From assembly GCA_963712745.1 (NCBI GenBank), contig CAVQJC010000005.1:288001-352000 (forward strand): DNA of 64,000 bases, given 5' to 3'. Numbering within the stretch: the stretch's first letter is position 1; each line of letters starts with the position of its first letter. A program made the position numbers and the translations under genes. Shown in pieces: positions 21,130-31,800 of this stretch. Below the pieces are notes generated by a model. The model saw only the letters and a program-made list of their open reading frames with translations, did no database searches and was not told the origin of the DNA. This DNA comes from an uncultured Chloroflexia bacterium (lineage in GTDB: Bacteria > Chloroflexota > Limnocylindria > Limnocylindrales > CSP1-4).

Positions 21130-21395
21130 GCGTTGAGTCGCTGGCAGTTGGGACACGGATGTGGCGGTCCGAACCTGGACCGGAAGTGATCCGGATGGGG
21201 ATCGTCTCCTGGCGATTTGCGCGATCGACGTATCAGGCACAGCCGGCTGCGGGACCTGCGTCGCAAAGCTCGAGCCGGCAAGATGACGCCATTTCGACGC
21301 ATCGAGTGCCAGCAACGGGCACGCCACGACAAGCAGGTGACTACCAACCACTACATCTGCTACTCACCGGCCATTGCTTATGGCCAAGCCATCCC
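21130..21395 (+). pseudogene. Probable decayed tyrosine-integrase C-terminus
   Basis: IRHSRLRDLRR...QQRARHDKQVTTNHY resembles box II (RLHDLRH...QERLGH..I.VT...Y); lies directly before arm repeats and an att core. Confidence 0.45.
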
Positions 21396-21398
21396 CGG

Positions 21399-21418
21399 TG
21401 ACCCCTGTGCTGACCCCT
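21399..21418 (+). repeat. Upstream arm-type direct repeat pair TGACCCCT
   Basis: TGACCCCT at 21399 and 21411, 168 bp before att copy 2. Confidence 0.75.
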
Positions 21419-21566
21419 GCGAGAGCGAGCCGCAAGGGCGCGACAGGGCCGTCGTGTGGGATGCCGAGGAGACACGAGCGCCAAGCTCGGCCAGGCACGG
21501 GCGCGTGTGCGGGGATGTGCCGCGCTGGGGCGCCCAGATGGGTGCCTGGCGCATCGGTCCTCGCGA

Positions 21567-21611
21567 TTCGCAAACAGCAGGTCCTCGGTTCAAATCCGAG
21601 TGTCGGCTCCA
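21567..21611 (+). repeat. att copy 2 (loop TTCGCAA)
   Basis: 44/45 match to tRNA 3' end, followed by CTCCCCACGCGTG. Confidence 0.95.
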
Positions 21612-21823
21612 CTCCCCACGCGTGTACCGGCGTGCTCGGGCCGACGTTTGGCGTCTACTCGGGGACTGTCAAGCCTGAACGGCGTCCGCCAGCTGAGCAC
21701 CAGACTGACCGGAGCAGGGTCGATCACGATGCCGCCTCGCAGCCCGCGGCGTGGCATCACGAGGCTGGCTAGCCCGCGACCGCGGGCGTACGATCGATAC
21801 CGTGACGGAGGGGAGGTGCACGG

Positions 21824-22036
21824 ATGTCCGAGGGGAACGATCCAGAGGACGCGATCGGGCAGGTCACCCACTACTTCAGCCACCTATCGGTGGCGGCGAT
21901 CTCACTGGAGGCGCCACTTGCGGCCCTCTAGCCCATCCACATCCGCGGTCACACGACCGATGTGGTCCAGGAGGTCGAGCACGCTGCGGTCGATCGCGCC
22001 GGGCCGGGTTCCATACTGGTCGACGTCACGGATTGA
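21824..22036 (+). pseudogene. Small translation-factor-like beta-barrel protein, interrupted
   Basis: IGQVTHYFSHLSVAAI...IHIRGHTTD..QEVE with in-frame TAG at 21929; GGAGG RBS. Confidence 0.55.
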
Positions 22037-22146
22037 TACCCTCCATCGCACGTCGACAGGTTGGTCGAGCCACGTCGACCTGGGTGCTGAGCTCCCGTAT
22101 GGTGAGGGCTCCGGTAACCGCAACAGCCCGGGACGCTGAAGCAGAG

Positions 22147-22944
22147 ATGACCATCGAGCTACGACACCTGAACGAGGTCAGGCGCGCCGCGGAGCAGGAG
22201 GTGCCCGTGGTCACGTTCACCATGCAGCGGCCCGAGGCCAGGCTGGCGGTAGCCGGCGAGGTCAGCTTCCAGGCGGTCCTCGAGCGCTTCAGCGGTGGTC
22301 GCGATGAGGACGGAGCGGTATTCCGACACCACGCTGCCGTGCTCATACCGGAGCCCTACAACCGCTTCGACCACGAGGCCATCAGTGTCCGCATCTGTGA
22401 CGAGCTGGGAGCGACCGACCAGATCGGCTACTTGTCGCACGACGACGCCGTCGCCATCGCGCCGATACTGGATCTCGTGAGTCCTGCGATCCCGATGTCT
22501 CTCGTCACGCTCGAGGGTGGCTGGGACCGGGGGCTTGGCGACCGGGCGTACCTCAGCGCAGTGCTCAACATCGGCTCTCCCGCGGAGATGGCGGCTGAGT
22601 GGTACTACCATCGGCGCCCGCCGCGGATTGAGCACCGGTGGTCCGGCATGACTGTCGCGTTCGTCGGCGACAGCCTGCACTCCATCGCAGGCATGCGACT
22701 GGACCGGGGGGCGCAGGCCTTCCTGGCCACTCAAGCCGGTTGCAGCGTCGAGCGGTATGTGGAACCGACGGTCCAAGTCTGCGTGACTGGGCGAGTCGAG
22801 GCCAGGTCGACTGAACTCCGCTCTGCCCGGCGCAACCGCATCCAGATCGTCCCCGAGGAGCAGTTCTGGCACGAGGTCGACTGCTACCTTCAGGGGGCCG
22901 ACCTCGAAGACACCGACATGCAGCCGCGTCGCGGTCCCGCCTAG
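22147..22944 (+). CDS. HIRAN-like plus BRCT-like domain protein
   Basis: VAGEVSFQ...LIPEPYNRFDHEAISVRI...IGYL (HIRAN); GMTVAFVG...VCVTG...ARRNRIQIVPEEQFW (BRCT). Confidence 0.65.
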   Translation: MTIELRHLNEVRRAAEQEVPVVTFTMQRPEARLAVAGEVSFQAVLERFSGGRDEDGAVFRHHAAVLIPEPYNRFDHEAISVRICDELGATDQIGYLSHDDAVAIAPILDLVSPAIPMSLVTLEGGWDRGLGDRAYLSAVLNIGSPAEMAAEWYYHRRPPRIEHRWSGMTVAFVGDSLHSIAGMRLDRGAQAFLATQAGCSVERYVEPTVQVCVTGRVEARSTELRSARRNRIQIVPEEQFWHEVDCYLQGADLEDTDMQPRRGPA

Positions 22945-23051
22945 ACTGGGGTCGTCAGGCAAAGCGCCCTCGATCGCTGCGGATGGACATGCTGCCGATA
23001 GCGTTCGGACGGAGCAGTCGCATCTGCCCGCAGGCGAGAAACGGAGAAGCG

Positions 23052-24041
23052 ATGCGTTGGGACCGCACCCTCTGGCTCATGTCGATGATGGCGCTGGTCG
23101 CGACCATCTCCATGTCGGGAACGGTGCTCGCCCGAGATCCGGAGGAGCTTGAGATCGGCTTCGTGCCGTCGGTCGAGGTAGGCGCGCTGGCGGAGGATAT
23201 CCAGCCGCTCGCTGACTACCTGACCATCGCGCTCGACATGCCAGTGAGAGGCCGGGTGACGAGCTCATACCCCGCACTCGTCACGGCCTTGCAGATCGGG
23301 CAGACCCACATCGGCGCGCTGCCGCCGCTGGGCATGGTCCAGGCGATCGACATGGCCGGCGCGGAAATCCTCCTCCAGTCAGTGCGTTTCGGTAGCCCCA
23401 CCTACCACACGCAGTTCTTCACCAATGCCCCTGACAAGTACTGTGCCGACGAACCGGTCGTCAACGAGCGCAGAGAGGCGGGGGAGATGCTGCCCTTCCG
23501 GAACTGCAACGGGACCGATCGAGCGTTCGACGAGACACGCGTCGGGCCGATCGGACTCGATGCGCTACAGAAGGTAGATCGCGGCACGACCGTCGCGTTC
23601 ACGCGCGCCGGGTCCTCGTCGGGGTACATCTTTCCGGCTACCGTCTTCGCAAACCAGGGTATCGACCCCAGGACAGATCTGTACGCCATCTTCACCGACG
23701 AGCACGACCGCTCCGTCATCGCCGTGTGCACGGGTGAGGCCGAGGTGGGCGTCAGCTACGACGACGCCCGCCCCGACACGACCACCGACTGTGACGTCTC
23801 GCGGACCGTCGTCGTCTTCGCTTATGGGCCGGAGATCCCCAACGATGGCATCGCGGTCTCTGGCGACCTGTCCGACAGCCTGAGGGACCGTGTCAAACAA
23901 GCTCTGCTCGACTACGTGGCAACGGAGGAGGGAGCCGCAGTCCTGGACACCATCTACGACATCAATGCCTTCGCGGATCCGGACATCGAGTCCCTGCAGC
24001 TCATCCGCGACGCGGTGGAGAAGCTTGGCTACGGACAGTAG
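23052..24041 (+). CDS. Phosphate/phosphite/phosphonate-binding protein (PhnD family), orphan
   Basis: Signal peptide, IGFVPS, SYPALVTAL, SSSGYIFP, HDRSVIAV, IPNDGIAV. Confidence 0.82.
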   Translation: MRWDRTLWLMSMMALVATISMSGTVLARDPEELEIGFVPSVEVGALAEDIQPLADYLTIALDMPVRGRVTSSYPALVTALQIGQTHIGALPPLGMVQAIDMAGAEILLQSVRFGSPTYHTQFFTNAPDKYCADEPVVNERREAGEMLPFRNCNGTDRAFDETRVGPIGLDALQKVDRGTTVAFTRAGSSSGYIFPATVFANQGIDPRTDLYAIFTDEHDRSVIAVCTGEAEVGVSYDDARPDTTTDCDVSRTVVVFAYGPEIPNDGIAVSGDLSDSLRDRVKQALLDYVATEEGAAVLDTIYDINAFADPDIESLQLIRDAVEKLGYGQ

Positions 24042-24105
24042 CGCCAGCGAGCCGCGCGTGAGCTTCGGCGCAACCCTGCTCCTCGGGCGCACCTCGACTC
24101 GCCCG

Positions 24106-26445
24106 TTAACCTGAACCAATGGGGCTGCGAACGACGACCACGAGCGCCATGTCGTCAGATTGGGGCGCAGCGCCCACGAAGGCATCGACCCGCGCGATCA
24201 CGGCTTCCTGCACCTCCGCAGCCGAGCGCCCCAGACTGGCGCGGGCAATCTCCCGCAGCCGCTCCTCGTCGAAGAAGCCCTCCTGGGCGTCCTGCGCCTC
24301 GGTGATTCCGTCGGTGTAGAGCATCAGCACCGCACCGGGAGCGAGGTGGACGCTCCGCTGCTGCCATGTGGCGCTGTCGAGGATGCCCAAAGGCACGCCT
24401 GTCCGCTCGAGCTCATCGATCGTGTCGCCGTCGCGAGCATCGACTAGGTACGCCGGGTTGTGCCCGGCGTTGGCGTAGGTCAGCTCACCTGAGTCCGGGT
24501 CGAGGACGCCGTAGAACACCGTCACGAACAACCCTGCGTGCGTGTCCGCGAGGATCCGGCGGTTGGCCGCGGTGAGAACCGCCGCCGGCTGCGCGCCTGG
24601 CTCGACGGCGAATGTCCGGATGAGGGTGCGGCTGAGGGCCATGAAGAGGGCCGCGCCCATGCCCTTGCCCACGACATCAGCGATGAGGACGCCCAAGCGC
24701 TCCCCGGGGAGCAAGAAGACGTCGTAGAAGTCACCTGATGTCGTCCTCGCCGGCTCGAGCATCGCCGCAAGCTGCCAGCCGGGAACGTCAGGCAGGGTGT
24801 CAGGCAGGAAGTTGGCCTGTATCTCCCCGGCCAGCGCCATCTCTCGATTGACACTCTCATGAGCCAGTTCCTGCGCGTGGACCTTGGCCCCGTGGAGCGC
24901 CGAGGAGATCTGTGCCGCGAGGGACTGGGTGGCCGGCAGGACGCTTTCGGCCATATCCCGGTCGCTTGGGAATGACAGCTGAATCCCGCCGATCGGTTCC
25001 TTCGTTTCGACGTCGAGGATCGGTGCTACGACGACGGCCACAGCCGCTGTCTTGGTGTCCCAGGGCGGCACCTGGCCCGGCGCGACATGCTGGGCCGTGG
25101 GCTGCGTGGCCAGCCACTCCCAGAACGGAGCGTCGGCTCGGGGTGCTATGTCCTGGCTGCGATAGAGGGTTCGATGGGGGAAGATGCGGACCTCGATGCA
25201 GCCGTCCGGGAACATCGCCGGGATGTAGTCGGCGAGCAACCCGGGCAGGGTCGACGCATCCGAGGGTTCGTTGACGATGGCACGCCCGAGCTCCTCGAGC
25301 ACCATCAGCTCTCGCGTGCGGTCGGCGACCTGCCCGGTCATCTGGTTGAAGGAGGTTGCCAGCACGCCGATCTCGTCTCCGGTCGGGGACTCGACCCTCC
25401 TGGAGAGGTCCCCCGCTCCGACGGCTCGGGCCGCCGCGATGAGCTCGTCCACGGGCCGCATGAGGCGGTGGATGCCGATGGCGACGATGACGATGGGCAC
25501 GAGGATGCCCAGAGCGAGCAGAGCCAGCAGGAACTGCTGATAGCCGCGACTGGCGCTGGTCAGCGTCGACCAGGGCGCCTCGGTGACGAGACCCCAGGGT
25601 GTGCCCGGCACCGGCGCGTAGGCGGCCACGACATCCTCGCCGGCCCCGCTGGTGGTGCGAAGCGCGCCGACGCCGGAGGCGAGGACTCGCCGCACGGCGT
25701 CCTCAGCGGAGAGGTCGGTGCCCGTCAACCTGAAATCGCTGTGATAGATGGCTTGGCCCTGCTCGTCCACCAAGTAGACGGACCCACCTTGGCTCAGCCG
25801 GAGGCGGATGATGCGTGCATACAGTGGACTGACAGAGGTGGGGCCGACATCGAACATGCCCACGGTCGTGCCAAGCAGCTCGCCGCCCGAGCCATGGATG
25901 GGCACGCCGAGGGCCACGGTCAGGTCACCTTCGGTTCGATCCCCGATGACATCGGAGAAGACGGGCCGGTCGGAGCGGACCAGCCCAAGGAGGAAGGCGT
26001 TGACCTGCTCACGGGACACTTGCAGTGAGGTCCAGTCCTCGAACGAACCGTCCGTATCCTCGGGATACGAAGCCACTGGCGAACCGAACGTGTCGAGCAC
26101 GACGACGCCCCCGTCGAACAACGAAAGCGCGCCCGAGCTCTGCAACGCGGGTAACCTGGATGACCCGGCGGGCTGTGAGGCGTCCATGGTCCGGCCCACC
26201 TCTTGGAGCGCCTCGATGAACTCGTCCAGCGATGACGAGAGCTGACTGGCCGACCTCTGTGTGAGGTCCTGGTTGCGCTCGGTCACCAGGACGGCCGTGA
26301 CATCCTGATAGGCGAAGTAGTTGGTGGCCGCGACCGACAGGAAGAGCACAGCCGCGGGCACGAAGAACCAGGCCACGATCCTGACTCGGAGCGATCGGCG
26401 CCGCCACCAGTTGGGGGGTCTCGGCGACTCGGCAGGCGACGTCAT
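24106..26445 (-). CDS. Cache-HAMP-PP2C (SpoIIE/RsbU-type) membrane phosphatase
   Basis: Two TM helices, HAMP DEIGVLATSFNQM, SGDFYD, IADVVGKG, YTDGITEA, DDMALVV. Confidence 0.9.
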   Translation of the reverse strand: MTSPAESPRPPNWWRRRSLRVRIVAWFFVPAAVLFLSVAATNYFAYQDVTAVLVTERNQDLTQRSASQLSSSLDEFIEALQEVGRTMDASQPAGSSRLPALQSSGALSLFDGGVVVLDTFGSPVASYPEDTDGSFEDWTSLQVSREQVNAFLLGLVRSDRPVFSDVIGDRTEGDLTVALGVPIHGSGGELLGTTVGMFDVGPTSVSPLYARIIRLRLSQGGSVYLVDEQGQAIYHSDFRLTGTDLSAEDAVRRVLASGVGALRTTSGAGEDVVAAYAPVPGTPWGLVTEAPWSTLTSASRGYQQFLLALLALGILVPIVIVAIGIHRLMRPVDELIAAARAVGAGDLSRRVESPTGDEIGVLATSFNQMTGQVADRTRELMVLEELGRAIVNEPSDASTLPGLLADYIPAMFPDGCIEVRIFPHRTLYRSQDIAPRADAPFWEWLATQPTAQHVAPGQVPPWDTKTAAVAVVVAPILDVETKEPIGGIQLSFPSDRDMAESVLPATQSLAAQISSALHGAKVHAQELAHESVNREMALAGEIQANFLPDTLPDVPGWQLAAMLEPARTTSGDFYDVFLLPGERLGVLIADVVGKGMGAALFMALSRTLIRTFAVEPGAQPAAVLTAANRRILADTHAGLFVTVFYGVLDPDSGELTYANAGHNPAYLVDARDGDTIDELERTGVPLGILDSATWQQRSVHLAPGAVLMLYTDGITEAQDAQEGFFDEERLREIARASLGRSAAEVQEAVIARVDAFVGAAPQSDDMALVVVVRSPIGSG

Positions 26446-27779
26446 GGGGCCGGCTGACTCGCTTCGATCTGGTCACAGACGTCGGCCATCTGATCGACGC
26501 TTCCCTGACCCAGCGTGAGGATGCTGTCCCAGGCCGCGTAGGCAAGCGGTATCGCGTCGGCCATGTTGGGGAACACCTCGGCTGTCACGGAATAGCCCTT
26601 GACATGACCATCGGCAAAGGCTGCGATGTCCATCTCGGCGGCGGCTGCGGGGTACTGCTCGCGGACCATGTCCACCCAGTCATCGACCAGGGACGCCCTC
26701 GCCGGCTGCAGGAAGTTGGCGCGGGCCATGGCCAGAGCGTACTCGTCGCTGATGAGGAACTTCAGCAGCTGCCACGCCTCCTCGGGATGCTGGGTCCCGG
26801 CATAGATGCCGAAGCCGTCGGTCGTGGCCAGGGTGACCCTGCCGGCCGGGCCTGCTGGCAGCGGTGCGACACCAACGCGGAACGGTGCCTTGGCCAGGAT
26901 GTCCTTCAGGGCCCACGAACCATCCTCCACGGTGGCCACCTTGCCCTGGATGAAGGCGTCACGGGTCGCCAGGTTCTGCACATCGAGCAACGTGGCCATG
27001 ACCTTGTCGTCCCACATCCGGGCACGCAGCCATTCCACGGCCGCCAGCGCGGGATCCTCATCGAGCGCACACGAAGTCGGATTCGAGGGATCGACGATGT
27101 TCCCACCCCAGGCGTTCACGTGAACCTGCACGCGATCCCAGGAGACATCGATCATGCCGCCCCAGGTGTCGGTCGCTCCGTCGCCGTCGTCGTCCAGCGT
27201 CAGCTGGCGCATCGCGTCGAGGTATTCGTCCTGGGTCCAGCTATCGTTCGGGTAGGGGATGCCCTGAGCGTCGAAGAGGTCCTTGTTGTAGTAGAGGGCC
27301 AGGGCGCCGTGGAACTTGGGCAGGCCGTACTGCACCCCATCTGGCGTAGCCAAGGCTTCGAATTGGGCGCGATCCCAGTCGCTCAGCAGTCCAGCATCGA
27401 GGTCGCGCTCGATGAAGGGGCGGAGATCGACCAGGTACCCCTCCTGAGCCCAGATCGGGAAGAATGTGCAGCACCCTTGCATGACGTCGGGGGCCGTACC
27501 GGCGCGCATCTCCTCGAGCATGGCCTCAGCGAGGTCGTCGGGGTCGGGGGTGTAGAAGACGATGATGTTGGGGTTGAAAGCGTAGAACCGGCTCAACATC
27601 TCTCGGGCCATCGGGGGGAACCAGTCGGTGCTCCAGTCCTGATAGGTAAGCGTCACTGGCGCCCTGGACGTCGGCTCACCGCTGTCGCTGCAGCCGGTCA
27701 GCGCGACGGCCACGATGAGGGCCAGCAGTAGACCGGGAAGTCGGCGACGTCTGGAGGGAGAGGCGGTGCCGATCGTCAT
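26442..27779 (-). CDS. Sugar-type extracellular solute-binding lipoprotein
   Basis: Lipobox LTGC, AGTAPDV, LYYNKDLFD, PEEAWQLLKFL. Confidence 0.87.
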   Translation of the reverse strand: MTIGTASPSRRRRLPGLLLALIVAVALTGCSDSGEPTSRAPVTLTYQDWSTDWFPPMAREMLSRFYAFNPNIIVFYTPDPDDLAEAMLEEMRAGTAPDVMQGCCTFFPIWAQEGYLVDLRPFIERDLDAGLLSDWDRAQFEALATPDGVQYGLPKFHGALALYYNKDLFDAQGIPYPNDSWTQDEYLDAMRQLTLDDDGDGATDTWGGMIDVSWDRVQVHVNAWGGNIVDPSNPTSCALDEDPALAAVEWLRARMWDDKVMATLLDVQNLATRDAFIQGKVATVEDGSWALKDILAKAPFRVGVAPLPAGPAGRVTLATTDGFGIYAGTQHPEEAWQLLKFLISDEYALAMARANFLQPARASLVDDWVDMVREQYPAAAAEMDIAAFADGHVKGYSVTAEVFPNMADAIPLAYAAWDSILTLGQGSVDQMADVCDQIEASQPAP

Positions 27780-27819
27780 GGCGGGACTGGCTTGGCCGTC
27801 ACCGTGGGCAGGACGCACG

Positions 27820-28240
27820 TCAATGCCCGATGTGCTTGACCATCGTCAGCACATTCGGCCCACCGGACGCCGCAGCCGTGGCGCGCGTCACCTCATCCAT
27901 CAGCTTGTGGATGAGAAGTACCCCCATGCCACCTTCGGCGCGCACCTCCACCGGCACGTCGACCGCCAGATACGCTGCGTCTGCCTCGAAGGACTGGCCC
28001 CAGTCGGTGAGCGTGATCCGAATATCGTCGCCCACGGCCTCCATCCGCACCTGGATGTCTCCCGCCCGACCACGCTGATAAGCGTGGCGCACGATGTTGG
28101 TCGAGGCCTCCTCGACCGCGAGGTCGATGTCGAACAGCACATCGTCGGCCAATCGCAGACGCTGACCCTCGCCCCGAACGAAGTCCGAGAATCCGACGCA
28201 CGTTCTCGATGGTGGCCGCCACCCGCAGCTCGTCCCGCAT
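27820..28240 (-). CDS. rsbW: RsbW-type anti-sigma factor / Ser kinase, frameshifted near 28189
   Basis: MRDELRVAATIENVRRI joins SDFV...DLAVEEASTNIVRHAY...GGMGVLLIHKLMDEV if one base is removed. Confidence 0.8.
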
Positions 28241-28265
28241 GATCAGGCGCGATCCGGGGTCAGGG

Positions 28266-28616
28266 CTAGGACGTGGCGCCGGTCGAGAAGTCGGCGATGG
28301 CAGCCTCAGGCGTGTCGGTGACCGACATCAGGAGGTCGAAGCCGATGATCTTGAAGACGCGGGTCACGCGTTCGTTCAGCGCGGCAAGCTTCATGTCGCC
28401 CCCCTCGTCCCGACACTTGACGAGCACAGCGGCGAGGGAGCGGAGTCCAGCACTGCTGATGTACTCCACCTTGGACATGTCCACGACGATCCTGCTGTGG
28501 CCTTCCGCCACGGCGGTCTGCAAGACCTGATCCAACTGCTCGGCAGCCTCCGTGTCGATCCGACCGTCCGGCTGGACCAAGGTGACACCGTCCTCGATTC
28601 GTTGCGTGATCTCCAT
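28266..28616 (-). CDS. rsbV: STAS-domain anti-sigma factor antagonist
   Basis: GRIDT, VDMSKVEYISSAGLRSL, VFKIIGF. Confidence 0.9.
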   Translation of the reverse strand: MEITQRIEDGVTLVQPDGRIDTEAAEQLDQVLQTAVAEGHSRIVVDMSKVEYISSAGLRSLAAVLVKCRDEGGDMKLAALNERVTRVFKIIGFDLLMSVTDTPEAAIADFSTGATS

Positions 28617-28629
28617 CGGTTCCCGCCTC

Positions 28630-29340
28630 CTAGTGTCTGCTGGCCAGTCGAGCGTCGACCTCCCCGGCGCTCACAAGAAGTCCGTCGCGCACCTCTTCGA
28701 CGCGCGGGATGCGGCCGGCGAGCTCGCGGTCGTGCGTGACCATGACGATGGTCTTGCCCTGCTCCACCAATTCGCCGAAGAGCTCGAAGACCAGACCGGC
28801 TGACACCGTGTCCAGGTTGCCGGTCGGTTCATCGCCGACGATCAGGTCGGGGTCGTTGACCAGGGCCCGCGCGATGGCCGAGCGCTGCTGCTGGCCGCCC
28901 GAGATCTGGCTGGGGTACTTGTCCGCGGTCTCGGGCACTTCGACGAGCTTGAGCACTTCCATGGCTCGCTCCCGGCGCTGCCCCTCGTAGGTGCCGCAGT
29001 ACTGCATCGGCAGCATCACGTTCTCGAGTACGGTCAGGGTCGGCATCAGCTGGAAGAACTGGAACACGACGCCCACGTTCTTGCCGCGCCACTTGGCGAC
29101 CTTGTTCTCGCTCAGCTCTGTCAAGCGTTCGCCGGCCACGTGGACCTCACCTGCCGTGGGACGATCGATGCCGGTCATCATGTTGATGAGCGTGCTCTTG
29201 CCACTCCCCGATGGCCCGACGACCGCAACGAACTCACGAGGCTGGATCTCCAGGTCGACGCCTCGAAGCGCGGTGAATGGGCCCGCCTTCGTCTTGAAGA
29301 CCTTGCGCACCCCTTCGAGGCTGACAAGGGCATCGTTCAT
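28630..29340 (-). CDS. ABC exporter ATP-binding protein (LolD/MacB-like)
   Basis: [32 protein letters not shown]. Confidence 0.92.
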   Translation of the reverse strand: MNDALVSLEGVRKVFKTKAGPFTALRGVDLEIQPREFVAVVGPSGSGKSTLINMMTGIDRPTAGEVHVAGERLTELSENKVAKWRGKNVGVVFQFFQLMPTLTVLENVMLPMQYCGTYEGQRRERAMEVLKLVEVPETADKYPSQISGGQQQRSAIARALVNDPDLIVGDEPTGNLDTVSAGLVFELFGELVEQGKTIVMVTHDRELAGRIPRVEEVRDGLLVSAGEVDARLASRH

Positions 29341-29359
29341 CTCTCGTCCTTCTTCGTGC

Positions 29360-31787
29360 TCACTGATACCTGAGGATCTCTGACACTGTCTTGCGCGCAG
29401 CGCTCAGGGAAGGTCCGAGGCTGGCGAGGACGGTGATCACGACCATGCCGATGAGGCCGATCCAGAGGGCGATCGGGTCGAAGCCGATACCCTCTATCCC
29501 GATCTCCATGCTCTCGAGCAGCGCCCCGGCGATGAGGTAGCTCAAGGGCACGGCCACGAGCCAGGCCGACAGGCCCACCAGTATGCCCTCCGTCAGGAAC
29601 TGACTGGCGATGGTGAGCGAGCCGGCACCGATGGAGCGCATGATGCCGATCTCCCTCAGCCGTTCGAAGACACTCATCGAGAGCGTGGACAGCAGGCCGA
29701 TCGCGCCGATGATGGCCATCACGATCGCGGCGATCTGGAAGATGGCGCCGAACATCGTGATCATCTGGGCGATGTCCTCGGCGAACTTGACCTGGTTGAC
29801 CTGGCTGGAAACGATCCCGTCGGCCAGCAGGACCTCGTCAAGCTCGCTGATGACCTCGTCGACCTCTGCGACGGTGGGGTCCGGGTCTGACAGTCGGATC
29901 ATCAGCGTGGTGGGAACCGGCTTGCCTTGCGCGTCGACCGACCCGACCAGCTCAGCCAGTTCCTGCCACTCCATGAACCCTTGGTCGACGAGGAATGACG
30001 CGATACCGATGATCTCGACGTCGACACGCTGTCCCTGGGCCACCAGCGTGACGGTGTCGCCGACGGTCTTGCCCAAGTTATCAGCAACACCTTGGGTCAA
30101 GACGAGACCTGAGCGTACCGGGTCGTCCTGCCATGCCCTGCCAGCCTTGATATCGAGTCTCATCGAGTCGGCCGCGGGGGCCAGCCCAGTCATCTGCAGC
30201 TGGCGCGTGCCGGTGTCTGGAGAGACATAGTCCTCGAGTTCGACGGACAGACCGATGCCCGGGTCCACCGCCTCGATCCGAGGGACTCCATCGAGGACCA
30301 GAGCGCGCACGTGATCGAAGTCCTGTCGCTCGTTCGGGATGACAGTGATCTGGGCGTTGAAGGTATCGAATATCTCGCCGATCTTGTCATTGATCGAGAC
30401 GAACATCCCGAAGATGCCCATGAACGCCGCGGCGGCCAGCGTCAGCGTCAGCCACGTCAGCGCCAGCCGGCCCTTCTTGCGCAGCACGTTGGTGACGGCT
30501 TGCCTGGAATTCGTGGGCAGCGGCACGGACTTGAAGGCGCGGGACCAGCGGCTGGTGCCGTAATCGGCCGAGATGCCCACGTCGGTCATCGCCTGCAGGA
30601 TGGTCACACGAGTTCCGAGGAACACGGGCACGATCGCCGCCAGGAAGGGGATGGCCAGCCCCATCACGAGCCCGACGACGATGGCAACCTGAGAAAGGGC
30701 GAACCCGTCGATATAGGTCAGCATCACCTCATCGATGCCCTGGGCCATGAGGACGCCCAGATAGGAACCAAGGAGTACGCCCGGGATCGCCCCCATCACG
30801 CCGAAGGTGATGGCGATGCCGGCGTAGATGACGAAGTTGTCCCAGCGCGTCGCGCCGAGTGACTTCATCACGCCGATCTGCCGCTTGTCCTCCCCCACGA
30901 TGCTGTTGATGACGTTCAGCACGAGCAGACCGGCAACGATCATGGCGATGATCCCGAGCATGCTGAGCATGCTGGTCATCTCCTCGGTCTGGGTGATGTA
31001 GAAGCTCTCCGTAGGATCGTCGGTGTAGCTGTATACCGCGATGTAGGGCGTCTCCTGGGCGATGGTGGCGTACAGGCCGTCAGCCTGCGCCTGGGCTGTG
31101 GGGTAATCGGTGTAGCGGGCATACAGCGTGCTGAACCCCACGAACCCGCCCAGCGTCTGCGCATCATCGAACGCCGCGAACAGGCTGGCGTCACTGGGGA
31201 CCGGCATTCCCATGCTGCCGTACGAGGCGTAGGGCATGAACATGAGCCCGGTGATGGTCCAGGGTTCTCCCTCAGCGTCACCGCCAGCGGAGCGCAGCAC
31301 GATCTGGTCGCCGACTCTCATCCCGTGCTTGTCCGCCATCCGCTTCTCGACGGCGATCTCGTGCTGGCCGGCGATCGGGTAGCGGCCATCGCCGACGAGC
31401 CGCATCGGCTGGATCGGCGATCTCGTCGAATGGCTCCCAGGCAGCAAGGATGAAGGCGTCCCCGAACTCATCGTCGCCGGGCAGCTTCCACGACAACGGC
31501 TGCACGGCTCGCCCTTCCACGCGTGTGACGCCAGGTACCTCTTGCAGCGCGCCCAGGTAGGCTTCGTTATCCAGCTCGGAACCACCTGGAGCTGATACGA
31601 AGACCGCCTGCATCGCCAGGTCCTCTTCCCTGAGGTCCTGCTTCAGCTGGCTCGTGAGCAGGTCGCCCGCCGACAGGAGCGTCACCACGCCCAGGACTCC
31701 GACGAAGATGGCCGTGGAGGCCATGAGCGCGCGGCTCCTCCTCGCCCACACGTCGCGGAAGATCTTACGTAGACGAGATCCGATCAT
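29360..31787 (-). CDS. FtsX/MacB-like ABC permease, frameshifted near 31415
   Basis: N-terminus RLRKIFRDVWARRSR in one frame; QIGVMKSLGA and ERLREIGIMRSIGA in the other. Confidence 0.82.
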
Positions 31788-31800
31788 GCGTCTGCCCCGC

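Noticed and set aside
21929-21931. In-frame TAG as pyrrolysine or readthrough
   Set aside because: The surrounding gene looks eroded and no pyl machinery is present; a pseudogene is simpler
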